From: Lawsonibacter sp.
Lineage (GTDB): Bacteria > Bacillota > Clostridia > Oscillospirales > Oscillospiraceae
Direction of reading: 5' to 3'
Assembly (NCBI GenBank): GCA_020025455.1
Contig: JAHHSC010000001.1
Location: forward strand, 12,009 to 76,008
Length of the DNA stretch: 64,000 nt
Position 1 is the stretch's first letter; the number at the start of each line of letters is the position of its first letter. The notes under the pieces are model-generated. The model saw nothing but the letters and a program-made list of their open reading frames with translations, made no database searches and had not been told where the DNA came from. The translations under genes and the position numbers were made by a program. Positions 38,426-47,743 of the stretch are shown here, one piece after another.

Positions 38426-39463
38426 TTACAGGCTCTCGATCAGCGCAAACAGCTCGTCCACCAGCTGATCTTGAGGCACTTTTTTCACGATCTGGCCCTT
38501 CTTAAAGAGGAGACCCTCCCCCACTCCGCCTGCGATACCGCAGTCGGCGGCAGATGCCTCGCCGGGGCCGTTCACCACGCAGCCCATAACCGCAACCGTG
38601 ATGGGCTTATCCACAGTTTTCAGACGTTCCTCCACCTCAGACGCCAGAGAAATCAGGTCGATGCGAGTGCGGCCACAGGTGGGGCAGGATACCAGCTCGG
38701 CGCCCTCATGGCGGATACCGGCCGCCTTCAGGATATCCCTGGCGGCGTAAACCTCCTCCACAGGATCGTCGGACAGGGATACCCGCATGGTGTCGCCGAT
38801 TCCCAATGCAAGCAGGCCGCCGATTCCAACGGCAGACTTCAAAGTTCCCATACGCTTGGTACCGGCTTCCGTGACACCAATATGTAAGGGGTAATCACTT
38901 GCCTGTCTCATCAACTGATAGGCCTTCATGGTCACAGGCACATTGGAGGACTTCAGCGAAACACAAATATCGTCGAAGTCGAATTGGTTGAGCAGCCGGA
39001 TGTGCTCAAATGCGGACTCCACCATGGCCTCCGGGCAGATGCGGCCGTATTTCGCCAGAACCGACTTCTGCATGGAGCCGCCGTTGACGCCAATGCGGAT
39101 TGGTATATTGCGGAGCCGACAGGCATCGGCCACAGCCTTCACGCGGGACTCATCCCCGATATTTCCGGGGTTGATGCGGACCTTATCCGCACCTGCGGCG
39201 ATGGCCTCCAGGGCCAGTTTGTAGTCAAAGTGGATGTCCACTACCACAGGCAGAGGACTGTTCTCCTTGATTTTTGCCACAGCGTGAGCGGCCGCCATAT
39301 CAGGCACGGCCACCCGGACGATCTGGCAGCCAGCAGCAGCCAGCGCGCGGATCTGCGCCAGCGTGGACTCCACATCATCCGTACGGGTATTCGTCATGGA
39401 CTGAATGGACACAGGAGCCCCGCCGCCAACTAAAACACCGCCTACGTTGATTTGCTTTGTCAT
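38426..39463 (-). CDS. ispG: HMBPP synthase (GcpE)
   Basis: IQSMTNT, RINPGNIG, HIGVTEAG, CPTCGR, MGCVVNGPGE. Confidence 0.97.
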   Translation of the reverse strand: MTKQINVGGVLVGGGAPVSIQSMTNTRTDDVESTLAQIRALAAAGCQIVRVAVPDMAAAHAVAKIKENSPLPVVVDIHFDYKLALEAIAAGADKVRINPGNIGDESRVKAVADACRLRNIPIRIGVNGGSMQKSVLAKYGRICPEAMVESAFEHIRLLNQFDFDDICVSLKSSNVPVTMKAYQLMRQASDYPLHIGVTEAGTKRMGTLKSAVGIGGLLALGIGDTMRVSLSDDPVEEVYAARDILKAAGIRHEGAELVSCPTCGRTRIDLISLASEVEERLKTVDKPITVAVMGCVVNGPGEASAADCGIAGGVGEGLLFKKGQIVKKVPQDQLVDELFALIESL

Positions 39464-39500
39464 GTGTAAGACTCCCTTTCTTGTGCATACAGGCTTTCCA

Positions 39501-40577
39501 TCAATGGTTGAACATCTTGCTCACGTCGCTGAGGGTGACCACCAGCATCAGCGCCATAAGCGCGGCCAAGCCAATCATGTGGACCAAGCCCTCATGCTCC
39601 GGCTTGATTTTTTTGCGGAAGAGCGCATACAAAATGCCGTTAAGCACCAGAAAAAAGATGCGTCCGCCATCCAGCGCAGGCAGCGGCAACAGGTTCATCA
39701 CCGCAAGGTTAACGGCAATCAAAGCCGCCAAAATGCCAAGGTTATAGACTGCTGCCTGGGTCGTGGGCGAGATTTCCTCATTGCTGCCCACCTTGGTCAT
39801 GGTGTCAATGATACCCAGCGGGCCGGTCATATCGCGCAGTCCCATAGCACCTGAGAGCAGATCACCAAGCCCGATCCAGACCGCGCGGACATCATCCATG
39901 GCGGTGTACCAGGCATACTGGACCCGGATCAGCGGCGTGGCGGGCACGACCGTCTGGCCAATGACGATCCCCCGGCGATACGTCATCTCGCCGTTTTGGT
40001 TAAGGCCGCTCTCCCGCAGGGGCATATGGACATCGGGCAGCTTGATTTTCTGTCCGTTCCGCTCAACAACCCAGTCAACGTCATCTCCGGCGCGGTCAAG
40101 GAACATCATCAGGTTCCCCATATTGTAGATGCGGTGACCGTCCACGGAGATGATCCGATCACCGGGTTCCAGGCCGCACTGCTCCAAACCATAGCCTGGG
40201 GTGATTTCGCCCAACACCGGCTGATAGAATCCGGGAGCACCGCTGTAGAGCACCAAAATAATGAGCAGACCGGTCAAAAAATTCATGGCAGCACCGGCGC
40301 ACAGGATAATAAACTTCTTCCAGCCAGCCGCACGTCCAAAGGACCTGGGGTCTGCGGAGTCATCGTCCTCTCCTTCCATAGCACAGTAACCACCAATAGG
40401 AAAGGCACGAACACTGTAAAGTGTTTCTCCTTTCTTTCTATTGAAAAGAGAAGGCCCCATTCCAATCGAAAACTCGTTCACCTTTACGCCGAGAAGTTTT
40501 GCACTGAGAAAGTGCCCCAGTTCATGCGTCGCAATCAGAAAACCAAATATAAGGATAGCAATCAGGATATAGAGCAT
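39501..40577 (-). CDS. rseP: RIP metalloprotease RseP (M50, PDZ)
   Basis: HELGH, EFSIGMGP, NLLPLPALDGG. Confidence 0.94.
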   Translation of the reverse strand: MLYILIAILIFGFLIATHELGHFLSAKLLGVKVNEFSIGMGPSLFNRKKGETLYSVRAFPIGGYCAMEGEDDDSADPRSFGRAAGWKKFIILCAGAAMNFLTGLLIILVLYSGAPGFYQPVLGEITPGYGLEQCGLEPGDRIISVDGHRIYNMGNLMMFLDRAGDDVDWVVERNGQKIKLPDVHMPLRESGLNQNGEMTYRRGIVIGQTVVPATPLIRVQYAWYTAMDDVRAVWIGLGDLLSGAMGLRDMTGPLGIIDTMTKVGSNEEISPTTQAAVYNLGILAALIAVNLAVMNLLPLPALDGGRIFFLVLNGILYALFRKKIKPEHEGLVHMIGLAALMALMLVVTLSDVSKMFNH

Positions 40578-40601
40578 ATGACCTCCAAAAAAGACGTAAC
40601 G

Positions 40602-41738
40602 TTACAAAGCCGCTTCCCTGGCCGCCTGGTCGGCTGCCAACACATCCTCCAGAGTGGGGGTCTGTACAACAGGGACAGCCGCCATGGCCTTCTCCACCCG
40701 ATCCGCAATCTCCAAAAACCGAATTTTACCGGCCAAAAACTGGGCCACAGCCGCCTCGTTTGCGCCGTTTAAAATGGCACCGGCTGTGCCGCCGGTTTTG
40801 GCGGCTTCCAGAGCCAGAGCCAAACACTTAAAGGTGTCCAGGTCAGGCGTGCCGAAGGTAAGCGGCCCGCAGTTCCACAGATCCAGCGGATTGGAAGGAC
40901 CGGGCACACGCTTCGGCCAAGTCAGTGCATACTGAATCGGCAGGCGCATGTCCGGGGCACCAAGCTGGGCAATCATGGCATTATCACAGTATTCCACAAG
41001 GGAGTGAATAATACTCTCCCGGTGAACTACAATGGAAACTTTTTCAGGCGGCATATCATAGAGGTGCATCGCCTCAATGACCTCCAGGCCCTTGTTCATT
41101 AAGGTAGCGGAGTCGATGGTGATTTTAGCACCCATAGACCAGTTTGGATGCCGTAAAGCATCTTCCCTTGTCATGTTTTCCAATTCCTTGCGTGTCTTGC
41201 CATAGAAGGGGCCGCCGGAACAGGTCAGAATCAGGCGTTTTACCTCGCCCCGGTCCTTGTTGCCCTCCAGAGACTGGAACAGGGCGGAGTGCTCGGAGTC
41301 AACCGGCAGGATGACGGCCTTCTCACGCTTAGCCGCAGCCATAACCAGCTCACCGGCACAGACCAGAGTCTCCTTGTTGGCAAGACAAATGCGCTTGCCC
41401 GCCTTGATGGCGGCCAGAGTGGGGCGCAGACCAACCATACCGACGACGGCCGTAATGACGGTATCTGCGCTGGGAATGACCGCCGCCTCAAGAAGGCCCT
41501 CCATACCCGACAACACGTTCACATCGGTATCGGCCAACCGGACTTTCAAATCAGCGGCCGCTTTCTCGTCCGTCATAACCACCAATTCGGGATGGAACTG
41601 GCGGGCCTGCTTCTCCATCAGCTCCACACTGGAGTGGGCCGTCAGTGCGGCCACTTCCATTGCGCAGTGCTCAATCACATCCAGAGACTGGCGGCCAATG
41701 GAGCCGGTAGAACCTAAAATCGTAATTCGTTTGCTCAT
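40602..41738 (-). CDS. dxr: 1-deoxy-D-xylulose-5-phosphate reductoisomerase
   Basis: LGSTGSIG, LANKE, PVDSEH, HPNWSMGAKITIDSAT. Confidence 0.98.
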   Translation of the reverse strand: MSKRITILGSTGSIGRQSLDVIEHCAMEVAALTAHSSVELMEKQARQFHPELVVMTDEKAAADLKVRLADTDVNVLSGMEGLLEAAVIPSADTVITAVVGMVGLRPTLAAIKAGKRICLANKETLVCAGELVMAAAKREKAVILPVDSEHSALFQSLEGNKDRGEVKRLILTCSGGPFYGKTRKELENMTREDALRHPNWSMGAKITIDSATLMNKGLEVIEAMHLYDMPPEKVSIVVHRESIIHSLVEYCDNAMIAQLGAPDMRLPIQYALTWPKRVPGPSNPLDLWNCGPLTFGTPDLDTFKCLALALEAAKTGGTAGAILNGANEAAVAQFLAGKIRFLEIADRVEKAMAAVPVVQTPTLEDVLAADQAAREAAL

Positions 41739-41776
41739 AATAACACCTTATCTCAGATTCGAGGAAGTTATGTACC

Positions 41777-42598
41777 TTAAAAAGGCGGGCACAGCTCCAC
41801 CAGGAACAGCAGCATGGGCGCTGCAAAGGTCATGGAGTCAAACCGGTCCAGCATACCGCCGTGACCAGGGAGAAGATGGCCATAGTCCTTTACGCCGAAC
41901 TGCCGTTTGATTAGGGAGAAGGACAGGTCGCCCAGCTCCGTGACAAAGCTGCCCAGCAGGCCATAGAGCGCCATGAGGGAAATGGATACGCTCAGTTCCG
42001 TGAAGTTGGCGAGAATCAGTCCGTAGAGCACCAGAAAGATACCGCCAGACAGGATACCGCCGATATACCCCTCCAGGGACTTGTTTGGGCTGACCTTCGT
42101 GATGCCCTTGTGCTTACCCAGGAAAACACCGGCAAAGTAGGCTCCCGTGTCGGTGAGAAACGCACAAAATACGGGCAGCAGCACCAGATAGCGGCCGTTG
42201 GCCATCATCTTCAGCTGGACCAGGGAGGTCAGCATTGTGGGGATGAGGATGCCGCCGAACATACAGAACATGATGTGCTCCACAGGTACCGCCCGGTCCC
42301 GGTCATAGCGGCTGATGGCGGTGAAGAACAACACACACATCAGCAGCAGGGCCGCAGTGCGGACCACCGTGGGGCCATGTCCAAACAGGGTTCCGAAGGG
42401 GATGGCGGCGGCGGCCAGAGCGGTACACACCTTCACATGGAGGTCGTCCTCCCCTGCCTTCGTTGCCCGAAGCAGTTCGCAGGAGGCCAGGGCAGTGATT
42501 CCAGCCACCACCGTGGTGAGCCAGACGGGGGGCAGAAAAAACACTGTAATTAAGAAGAGCGGGGCCAGCAGCACTGCTACAATAATTCTCGTTGCCAT
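41777..42598 (-). CDS. cdsA: Phosphatidate cytidylyltransferase
   Basis: DTGAYF, SPNKSLEG, KRQFGVKDYGHLLPGHGGMLDRFDS. Confidence 0.96.
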   Translation of the reverse strand: MATRIIVAVLLAPLFLITVFFLPPVWLTTVVAGITALASCELLRATKAGEDDLHVKVCTALAAAAIPFGTLFGHGPTVVRTAALLLMCVLFFTAISRYDRDRAVPVEHIMFCMFGGILIPTMLTSLVQLKMMANGRYLVLLPVFCAFLTDTGAYFAGVFLGKHKGITKVSPNKSLEGYIGGILSGGIFLVLYGLILANFTELSVSISLMALYGLLGSFVTELGDLSFSLIKRQFGVKDYGHLLPGHGGMLDRFDSMTFAAPMLLFLVELCPPF

Positions 42599-42601
42599 AT
42601 C

Positions 42602-43348
42602 TCATACACCTCCATACCGGCGGTTCCGGCTCTGATAGGCGGCGATGGCCCGGTGCAGCTCCTCTTTGGAAAAATCGGGCCAAAGTACGTCGGTAAAGTA
42701 AAATTCAGCGTAGGCGGACTGCCACAGCAGGAAGTTGGACAGTCTCAGCTCGCCACTTGGCCGAATGACCAAATCGGGGTCCGGAACGCCCTTGGAGAAA
42801 AGATAAGCTTCGAACGCCTCCTCCGTGAGTGCTGCGGGGTCCTTTTTCCCTGCCACACAGTCCTGGGCAAAGGCCCGGGTCGCGCGGAGCAGCTCATCCC
42901 GGCCGCCATAGTTCAGACAGATATTCACCTGACAGCCTTTGTAGTGCCGCGATATCTCACGGGTCTGCTCGATCAATTCACGCAGTTCAGGGGTCAGCAC
43001 GGACAGGTCACCAAAAAACTCCATTTTGACCCTGTCCTTCTCCATTTTTGAGATGGCCTCCAGCAGATACTTTTTCAGCAGGCCCATAATGGCCGAGACT
43101 TCCTCCGCAGGCCGCTTCCAGTTCTCGGTGGAAAACGCATACACGGTCAGGTAGTCCAGGCCGATGTCTTTACAGTAGGTAGCGATGGTACGGAAGGTCT
43201 CCGCACCCGCCGCATGTCCGGCAGTCCGGGGCAGCCCGCGCTTCTTGGCCCAGCGGCCGTTTCCGTCCATAATAATGGCAATGTGTTTGGGCAGCCGCTC
43301 AAAATCTACAGTTGCTTCTTCTGTTGTCTTTTTTTGAAATAATGCCAT
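42602..43348 (-). CDS. uppS: Undecaprenyl diphosphate synthase
   Basis: HIAIIMDGNGRWA, YAFSTENWKRP, IRPSGELRLSNFLLWQ. Confidence 0.97.
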   Translation of the reverse strand: MALFQKKTTEEATVDFERLPKHIAIIMDGNGRWAKKRGLPRTAGHAAGAETFRTIATYCKDIGLDYLTVYAFSTENWKRPAEEVSAIMGLLKKYLLEAISKMEKDRVKMEFFGDLSVLTPELRELIEQTREISRHYKGCQVNICLNYGGRDELLRATRAFAQDCVAGKKDPAALTEEAFEAYLFSKGVPDPDLVIRPSGELRLSNFLLWQSAYAEFYFTDVLWPDFSKEELHRAIAAYQSRNRRYGGV

Positions 43349-43457
43349 GTGGCACCTCGTTCCGATCGTTTCGCCGATCTTGTTCCTGACGCAAGCCTGT
43401 TAAATGGCCGCGGGAAGGTCACCCCGCCCCGCGGCCGTTCATTCGGCTTTCGTTTTG

Positions 43458-44012
43458 TTAGACCGCCATCAGTTCCTTTTCCTTCTTGGCAGCCAGCTCG
43501 TCGATATCCTTGCAGCGGTCATCGGTCAAAACCTGGAGTTCCTTCTCCATTTCCTTCTGATCGTCCTCGGTGATATCGCCGTTCTTCTTCATCTTCTTCA
43601 GGTCGTCCATGGCCTCGCGGCGGACGTTGCGGACCGCAACTTTGCCCTCCTCGGCGTACTTTTTGACCTGTTTTGTCAGGTCTTTTCGGCGCTCCTCGGT
43701 GAGCTGAGGGAAGGCCAGACGGATCAGACGACCGTCATTCTGGGGGTTGATGCCCAGGTCAGACATCTGGATGGCCTTCTCAATCTCCTTCAGCAGGGTA
43801 GCATCCCATGGCTGAATCGTCAGGGTACGGGGGTCAGGAGAGGCAATGGCTGCCACCTGGGCCAGCGGCGTGGGGGTGCCGTAGTACTCCACGCTGATAC
43901 GGTCCAGCACACTGGCGTTGGCACGGCCAGCGCGGACAGAAGCAAAATTAGACTTGACGACCTCGATGGTTTTCAGCATCTTGTCGTTAAAATTCTGAAG
44001 GTCAGAGTTCAT
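43458..44012 (-). CDS. frr: Ribosome recycling factor
   Basis: VRAGRAN, YYGTPTPL, LTEERRK. Confidence 0.98.
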   Translation of the reverse strand: MNSDLQNFNDKMLKTIEVVKSNFASVRAGRANASVLDRISVEYYGTPTPLAQVAAIASPDPRTLTIQPWDATLLKEIEKAIQMSDLGINPQNDGRLIRLAFPQLTEERRKDLTKQVKKYAEEGKVAVRNVRREAMDDLKKMKKNGDITEDDQKEMEKELQVLTDDRCKDIDELAAKKEKELMAV

Positions 44013-44069
44013 TGTCTTAACTTCCTTTCTATACTGATTCTATAAAGTCGGTTATGGAGAAGAAGTCTC

Positions 44070-44786
44070 TCAGCCACCTACGACGGTGCCGATTTTCTCA
44101 CCCATAACGGCCCGGAGGATATTCTCGGGGTCCTTCAGGGCGAACAGCAGCACAGGGATCTTGTTGTCCATGGACAGAGAGGTGGCGGTGGAATCCATCA
44201 CCTTCAGGTGCTGTGCCAGCACATCATCATAGGTGATGTTGTCATACTTGACGGCATTGGGGTCCAGCTTTGGATCGGCGGAGTACACACCATCGATGTT
44301 CTTGGCCAGCAGAATCACGTCGGCATCAATTTCCGCGGCGCGCAGCACAGCGGCAGTATCGGTGGAGAAGAATGGGTTGCCGGTGCCACAGCCGAAGATT
44401 ACGACGCGGCCCTTCTCCAAGTGCCGAATCGCTTTGGAGCGGATATAGGGTTCGGCCACAGAGCGCATCTCGATGGCGGTCTGCACACGAACCTCCACTC
44501 CCTTCTGCTCCAGCACATCAGCCACAGCCAGCGCATTGATGGCGGTGGCCAGCATGCCCATGTGGTCGGCACGGACACGGACCATGTCATCGCCGCCGTC
44601 CTTAACCCCGCGCCAGAAGTTGCCGCCGCCGACCACAACGCCCACCTGGACGCCCAGCTCGACACAGCGCTTAATCACATCGCAGACCTGACCGATAACC
44701 TCAAAGTTCAGGCCGCGGGAGGCGTCACCGGCAAGGGCTTCGCCGCTGATTTTCAGAAGGACTCGTTTATACTTAGGTTGCACCAT
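44070..44786 (-). CDS. pyrH: UMP kinase
   Basis: [38 protein letters not shown]. Confidence 0.98.
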   Translation of the reverse strand: MVQPKYKRVLLKISGEALAGDASRGLNFEVIGQVCDVIKRCVELGVQVGVVVGGGNFWRGVKDGGDDMVRVRADHMGMLATAINALAVADVLEQKGVEVRVQTAIEMRSVAEPYIRSKAIRHLEKGRVVIFGCGTGNPFFSTDTAAVLRAAEIDADVILLAKNIDGVYSADPKLDPNAVKYDNITYDDVLAQHLKVMDSTATSLSMDNKIPVLLFALKDPENILRAVMGEKIGTVVGG

Positions 44787-44915
44787 AGGAAACACTCCTG
44801 TCTTGTTTCTTTCTCTCTATTCTAATATAATTCTTGCCGTTTGCATAGAGGGAAAGTCAAACTTTTTCAAATTGTCTGCATTTAATTTCCTTCCATCTGT
44901 TTTTTCCGCAAAGGG

Positions 44916-44944
44916 TTGCATTTTTGATTCTCTTGCTGTATAAT
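44916..44944 (+). promoter_or_regulatory. Sigma-A promoter of the ribU leader
   Basis: TTGCAT-17-TATAAT. Confidence 0.8.
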
Positions 44945-44963
44945 GTGGCCGATAATTGAATTG

Positions 44964-45087
44964 GATGTCTTCAGGGCGGGGTGTGATTCCCCACTGGCGG
45001 TAAAGTCCGCGACCGAGTGCAGGTTTGCGCTCGCTGACCCGGTGCAACTCCGGGACCAACGGTTATAGTCCGGAGGGAAGAAGATGT
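44964..45087 (+). promoter_or_regulatory. FMN riboswitch (RFN element)
   Basis: TCTTCAGGGCGGGGTGTGATTCCCCACTGGCGGTAAAGTCCGCGA...GACCCGGTGCAACTCCGGGACCAACGGTTATAGTCCGGAGGGAAGAAGA matches the RFN consensus. Confidence 0.95.
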
Positions 45088-45203
45088 GTGTAACCCAATT
45101 TGTGTTTCTCCTCCGAGAGACCCGCTTACACGCCCCTTTGTTTGTTTGACCCTGAAAGACATTGTTTTTCATGTGGTTCACACGTTCAAAGGAGTGTTTT
45201 TTT

Positions 45204-45785
45204 ATGTCCCCAAAAACCAAAAAGCTTACTACAATTGCTATGCTTACCGCAATTTCCGCTGTCCTGATCACTTTGGTCCACTTCCCCATTTTCCCTGCTG
45301 CACCGTTTCTGCAATATGACCCCGCTGATGCAGCCATTCTCATCGGCACCTTCGCCTTCGGCCCTCTGGCCGGTCTAAGCATCACCATTATCGCCTCCGC
45401 CATTCAGGCCTTCCTGCTGGGCGGCGACGGCATGTATGGTTTTCTGATGCACGTCATTGCCTCTGGAACACTGGCCTTGGTAGCCGGTCTGATTTACTGT
45501 GCGCTTCACACCCGTACCGGGGCTTTCATTGGTCTGCTGGCCGGCTCCCTGGCCATGGGTCTCACCATGATGGCGGCCAACCACTTTATTACCCCCTACT
45601 TTATGGGTGCTCCCACTGAGATGGTGGACGCCATGCTCATCCCCGTGGTTCTTCCGTTCAACCTGCTGAAAGCCGGCATCAACAGCATCATCACCTTCCT
45701 GGTCTATAAAACTGTGTCCCGCCATATCATCCACGGTGAGGGCTGGGAGACGAAAGCCTCAAAGAAGATCAGCAGCGAAACCTAA
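45204..45785 (+). CDS. ribU: ECF transporter S component, riboflavin (RibU-type)
   Basis: FPIFPAAPFLQYDPAD, GPLAG, PFNLLK; downstream of the FMN riboswitch. Confidence 0.88.
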   Translation: MSPKTKKLTTIAMLTAISAVLITLVHFPIFPAAPFLQYDPADAAILIGTFAFGPLAGLSITIIASAIQAFLLGGDGMYGFLMHVIASGTLALVAGLIYCALHTRTGAFIGLLAGSLAMGLTMMAANHFITPYFMGAPTEMVDAMLIPVVLPFNLLKAGINSIITFLVYKTVSRHIIHGEGWETKASKKISSET

Positions 45786-45844
45786 TCCCATTCAAACCGT
45801 CGCTGGCACAAGGACCAACGTACAGCCACTCTATACGTCACAAT

Positions 45845-45886
45845 GCCATGAGAGAATCGAACTTTGGATTCTCTCATGGCTTTTTT
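45845..45886 (+). terminator. Intrinsic terminator after ribU
   Basis: GCCATGAGAGAATC/GATTCTCTCATGGC followed by TTTTTT. Confidence 0.85.
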
Positions 45887-46029
45887 AACCGCAAATTGCA
45901 AGTGCAGTTTGCCATTCCGTCTATGACCTGCGCAGCGCGTCGGGCAGAGAGCTGCTGAACTTTCTGGGACAAGCCGATCGTTTCTCTGCCCCTCACACCG
46001 TCCAACATGCGGCCGCTGCCCACTGGATG

Positions 46030-46076
46030 AAACAAGGGGCTTGGTGTCTCGATAACGACATCAAGCCCCGTTTTTC
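46030..46076. terminator. Terminator after spoIVA (probably bidirectional)
   Basis: GGGGCTTGGTGTC/GACATCAAGCCCC hairpin with flanking A/T tracts. Confidence 0.75.
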
Positions 46077-46092
46077 TAATTCGGTCGGATGG

Positions 46093-47571
46093 TCACAGGA
46101 TAATACAGATCAGTCCGCCAGTTCCCTCATTCAAAATACGTTCCAGCGTCTCACGCAGTTTTTCCCGGGCATCCTCAGGCATACGCTTGATCTTGGCATT
46201 CAAGTCCTCATTGACCAGCTCATGAAGGGATTTTCCAAAGATGTTGGCCTCCCAAATTTTGCTGGAATCCCCCTCGTACTCCTGAAGCAGGTAGTGGATC
46301 ATATCCTCACTCTGCTTCTCTCCGCCCACAATCGGCGAGACCTCTGTTTTGATATCTGCCCGGATCATATGGATCGAAGGAGCACTTGCTTTCAGCCGGA
46401 CGCCATACCGCCCACCCTGCTTCACGATCTCCGGTTCTTCCAAAGTCAGGGCATCAATTGAGGGGGCCACAATCCCGTAGCCGGTCTCCTGGACCTGTTT
46501 TAGAGCCTCGGCCACCTTGTCGTACTCCTTTTTCACTTTGGCCAACTGGGTCAGCAGGGACAGCAGATCCCCGTCATCCCCGATCTGGAAGCCAGACTGC
46601 TGGGACAGTGTAGCATAAAAAAGCGATCTAGGCAGCCGAACTCTGGCCGAGGAAATACCACTGCCAAGGTCGATCCCCGTGACCTGCGTTTCGCTGACCA
46701 CCTCACACTGGCGGAGGCTGTTCACCGCTCCCTCCACGTCCCGGATGCGACGCAGCTGGCCGGTCCCCTCCCGAATGGCGGTGTAGAGCGCCGCCTTGAT
46801 CGGATGTTCCTGAGGCAGTGCGTCCACCCACGGCGGAAGAAACAGGTCCAGCTCCTTCAATGGGAACTCATAGAGAACATGACAAAGAAGATCACTGATC
46901 TCCTTCTGCTCCAGCTCCAGACAGTTTACCGCCACACAAGTCACGTCATACCGTTGTGCAATGTCACTGCGAATGGCCTTGGCCCGCTCCGATTGTGGGG
47001 AGGCCGAGTTGAGGAGCACCACAAAGGGCTTGCCCAACTCTTTCAGTTCCGAGATGACCCGTTCCTCCGCTTCGAGATAGTCCTCCCTTGGGATATCTGT
47101 GATGGTGCCGTCGGTGGTAATGACAATGCCGATGGTGGAGTGCTCCGAGATCACCTTTCGGGTGCCGATCTCTGCCGCCTCGGTCATTGGAATTTCCTGC
47201 TCAAACCAGGGGGTCGTCACCATCCGCTCTGACTCCCCCTCCAGCTGACCCACGGCACCGTCCACCATGTAGCCCACACAGTCGATGAGCCGGACCCGGA
47301 ACTCCGCGCCCCCGTCCACCGCCACTGACACTGCGTCCTCAGGGACAAACTTCGGTTCCGCGGTCATAATGGTACGGCCGGACCCGCTTTGGGGCAGTTC
47401 GTCTCTGGCCCGCTCACGGCGGTAGACATTTTCAATATTGGGGATGACCAGAGTCTCCATGAACCGCTTAATAAACGTGGATTTTCCGGTACGCACCGGC
47501 CCCACCACGCCGATGTAGATATCGCCCTCGGTCCTGAGCGCAATATCCTCGTAGATTTTGCGATCTTCCAC
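46093..47571 (-). CDS. spoIVA: Stage IV sporulation protein A
   Basis: IYIGVVGPVRTGKSTFIKRF, DELPQSGSGRTIMT, C-terminal GGLICIIL. Confidence 0.98.
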   Translation of the reverse strand: MEDRKIYEDIALRTEGDIYIGVVGPVRTGKSTFIKRFMETLVIPNIENVYRRERARDELPQSGSGRTIMTAEPKFVPEDAVSVAVDGGAEFRVRLIDCVGYMVDGAVGQLEGESERMVTTPWFEQEIPMTEAAEIGTRKVISEHSTIGIVITTDGTITDIPREDYLEAEERVISELKELGKPFVVLLNSASPQSERAKAIRSDIAQRYDVTCVAVNCLELEQKEISDLLCHVLYEFPLKELDLFLPPWVDALPQEHPIKAALYTAIREGTGQLRRIRDVEGAVNSLRQCEVVSETQVTGIDLGSGISSARVRLPRSLFYATLSQQSGFQIGDDGDLLSLLTQLAKVKKEYDKVAEALKQVQETGYGIVAPSIDALTLEEPEIVKQGGRYGVRLKASAPSIHMIRADIKTEVSPIVGGEKQSEDMIHYLLQEYEGDSSKIWEANIFGKSLHELVNEDLNAKIKRMPEDAREKLRETLERILNEGTGGLICIIL

Positions 47572-47617
47572 TGCAATTCCTCCTTCGGCCTCCTTGGACA
47601 GCCGGTTGTTTCTTTAC

Positions 47618-47647
47618 ACTCTATGAGCCTGACCTCCAGAATATAAC
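47618..47647 (-). promoter_or_regulatory. Sigma-E promoter of spoIVA
   Basis: TTATATT-N14-CATAGAGT; spoIVA is a known sigma-E target. Confidence 0.75.
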
Positions 47648-47673
47648 AGCGTGTACACCCACATTTTGTCATA

Positions 47674-47712
47674 GAACAGCTGTTTGACTTTTGCAGCTGT
47701 TTCCTTTATAAT
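47674..47712 (+). promoter_or_regulatory. LexA (SOS) box overlapping the dinB sigma-A promoter
   Basis: GAAC-AGCT-GTTT at 47674-47685 overlaps TTGACT-17-TATAAT at 47684-47712. Confidence 0.8.
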
Positions 47713-47743
47713 TATAATAAGGTCTGATGAATGGAGGGCGCAC

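Noticed and set aside
45887..46029. About 140-bp island between two terminators, with a GGGCAGAG/CTCTGCCC stem and a coding-like stretch
   Set aside because: No convincing promoter or SD-linked start codon; cannot be told apart from neutral spacer or a gene remnant.
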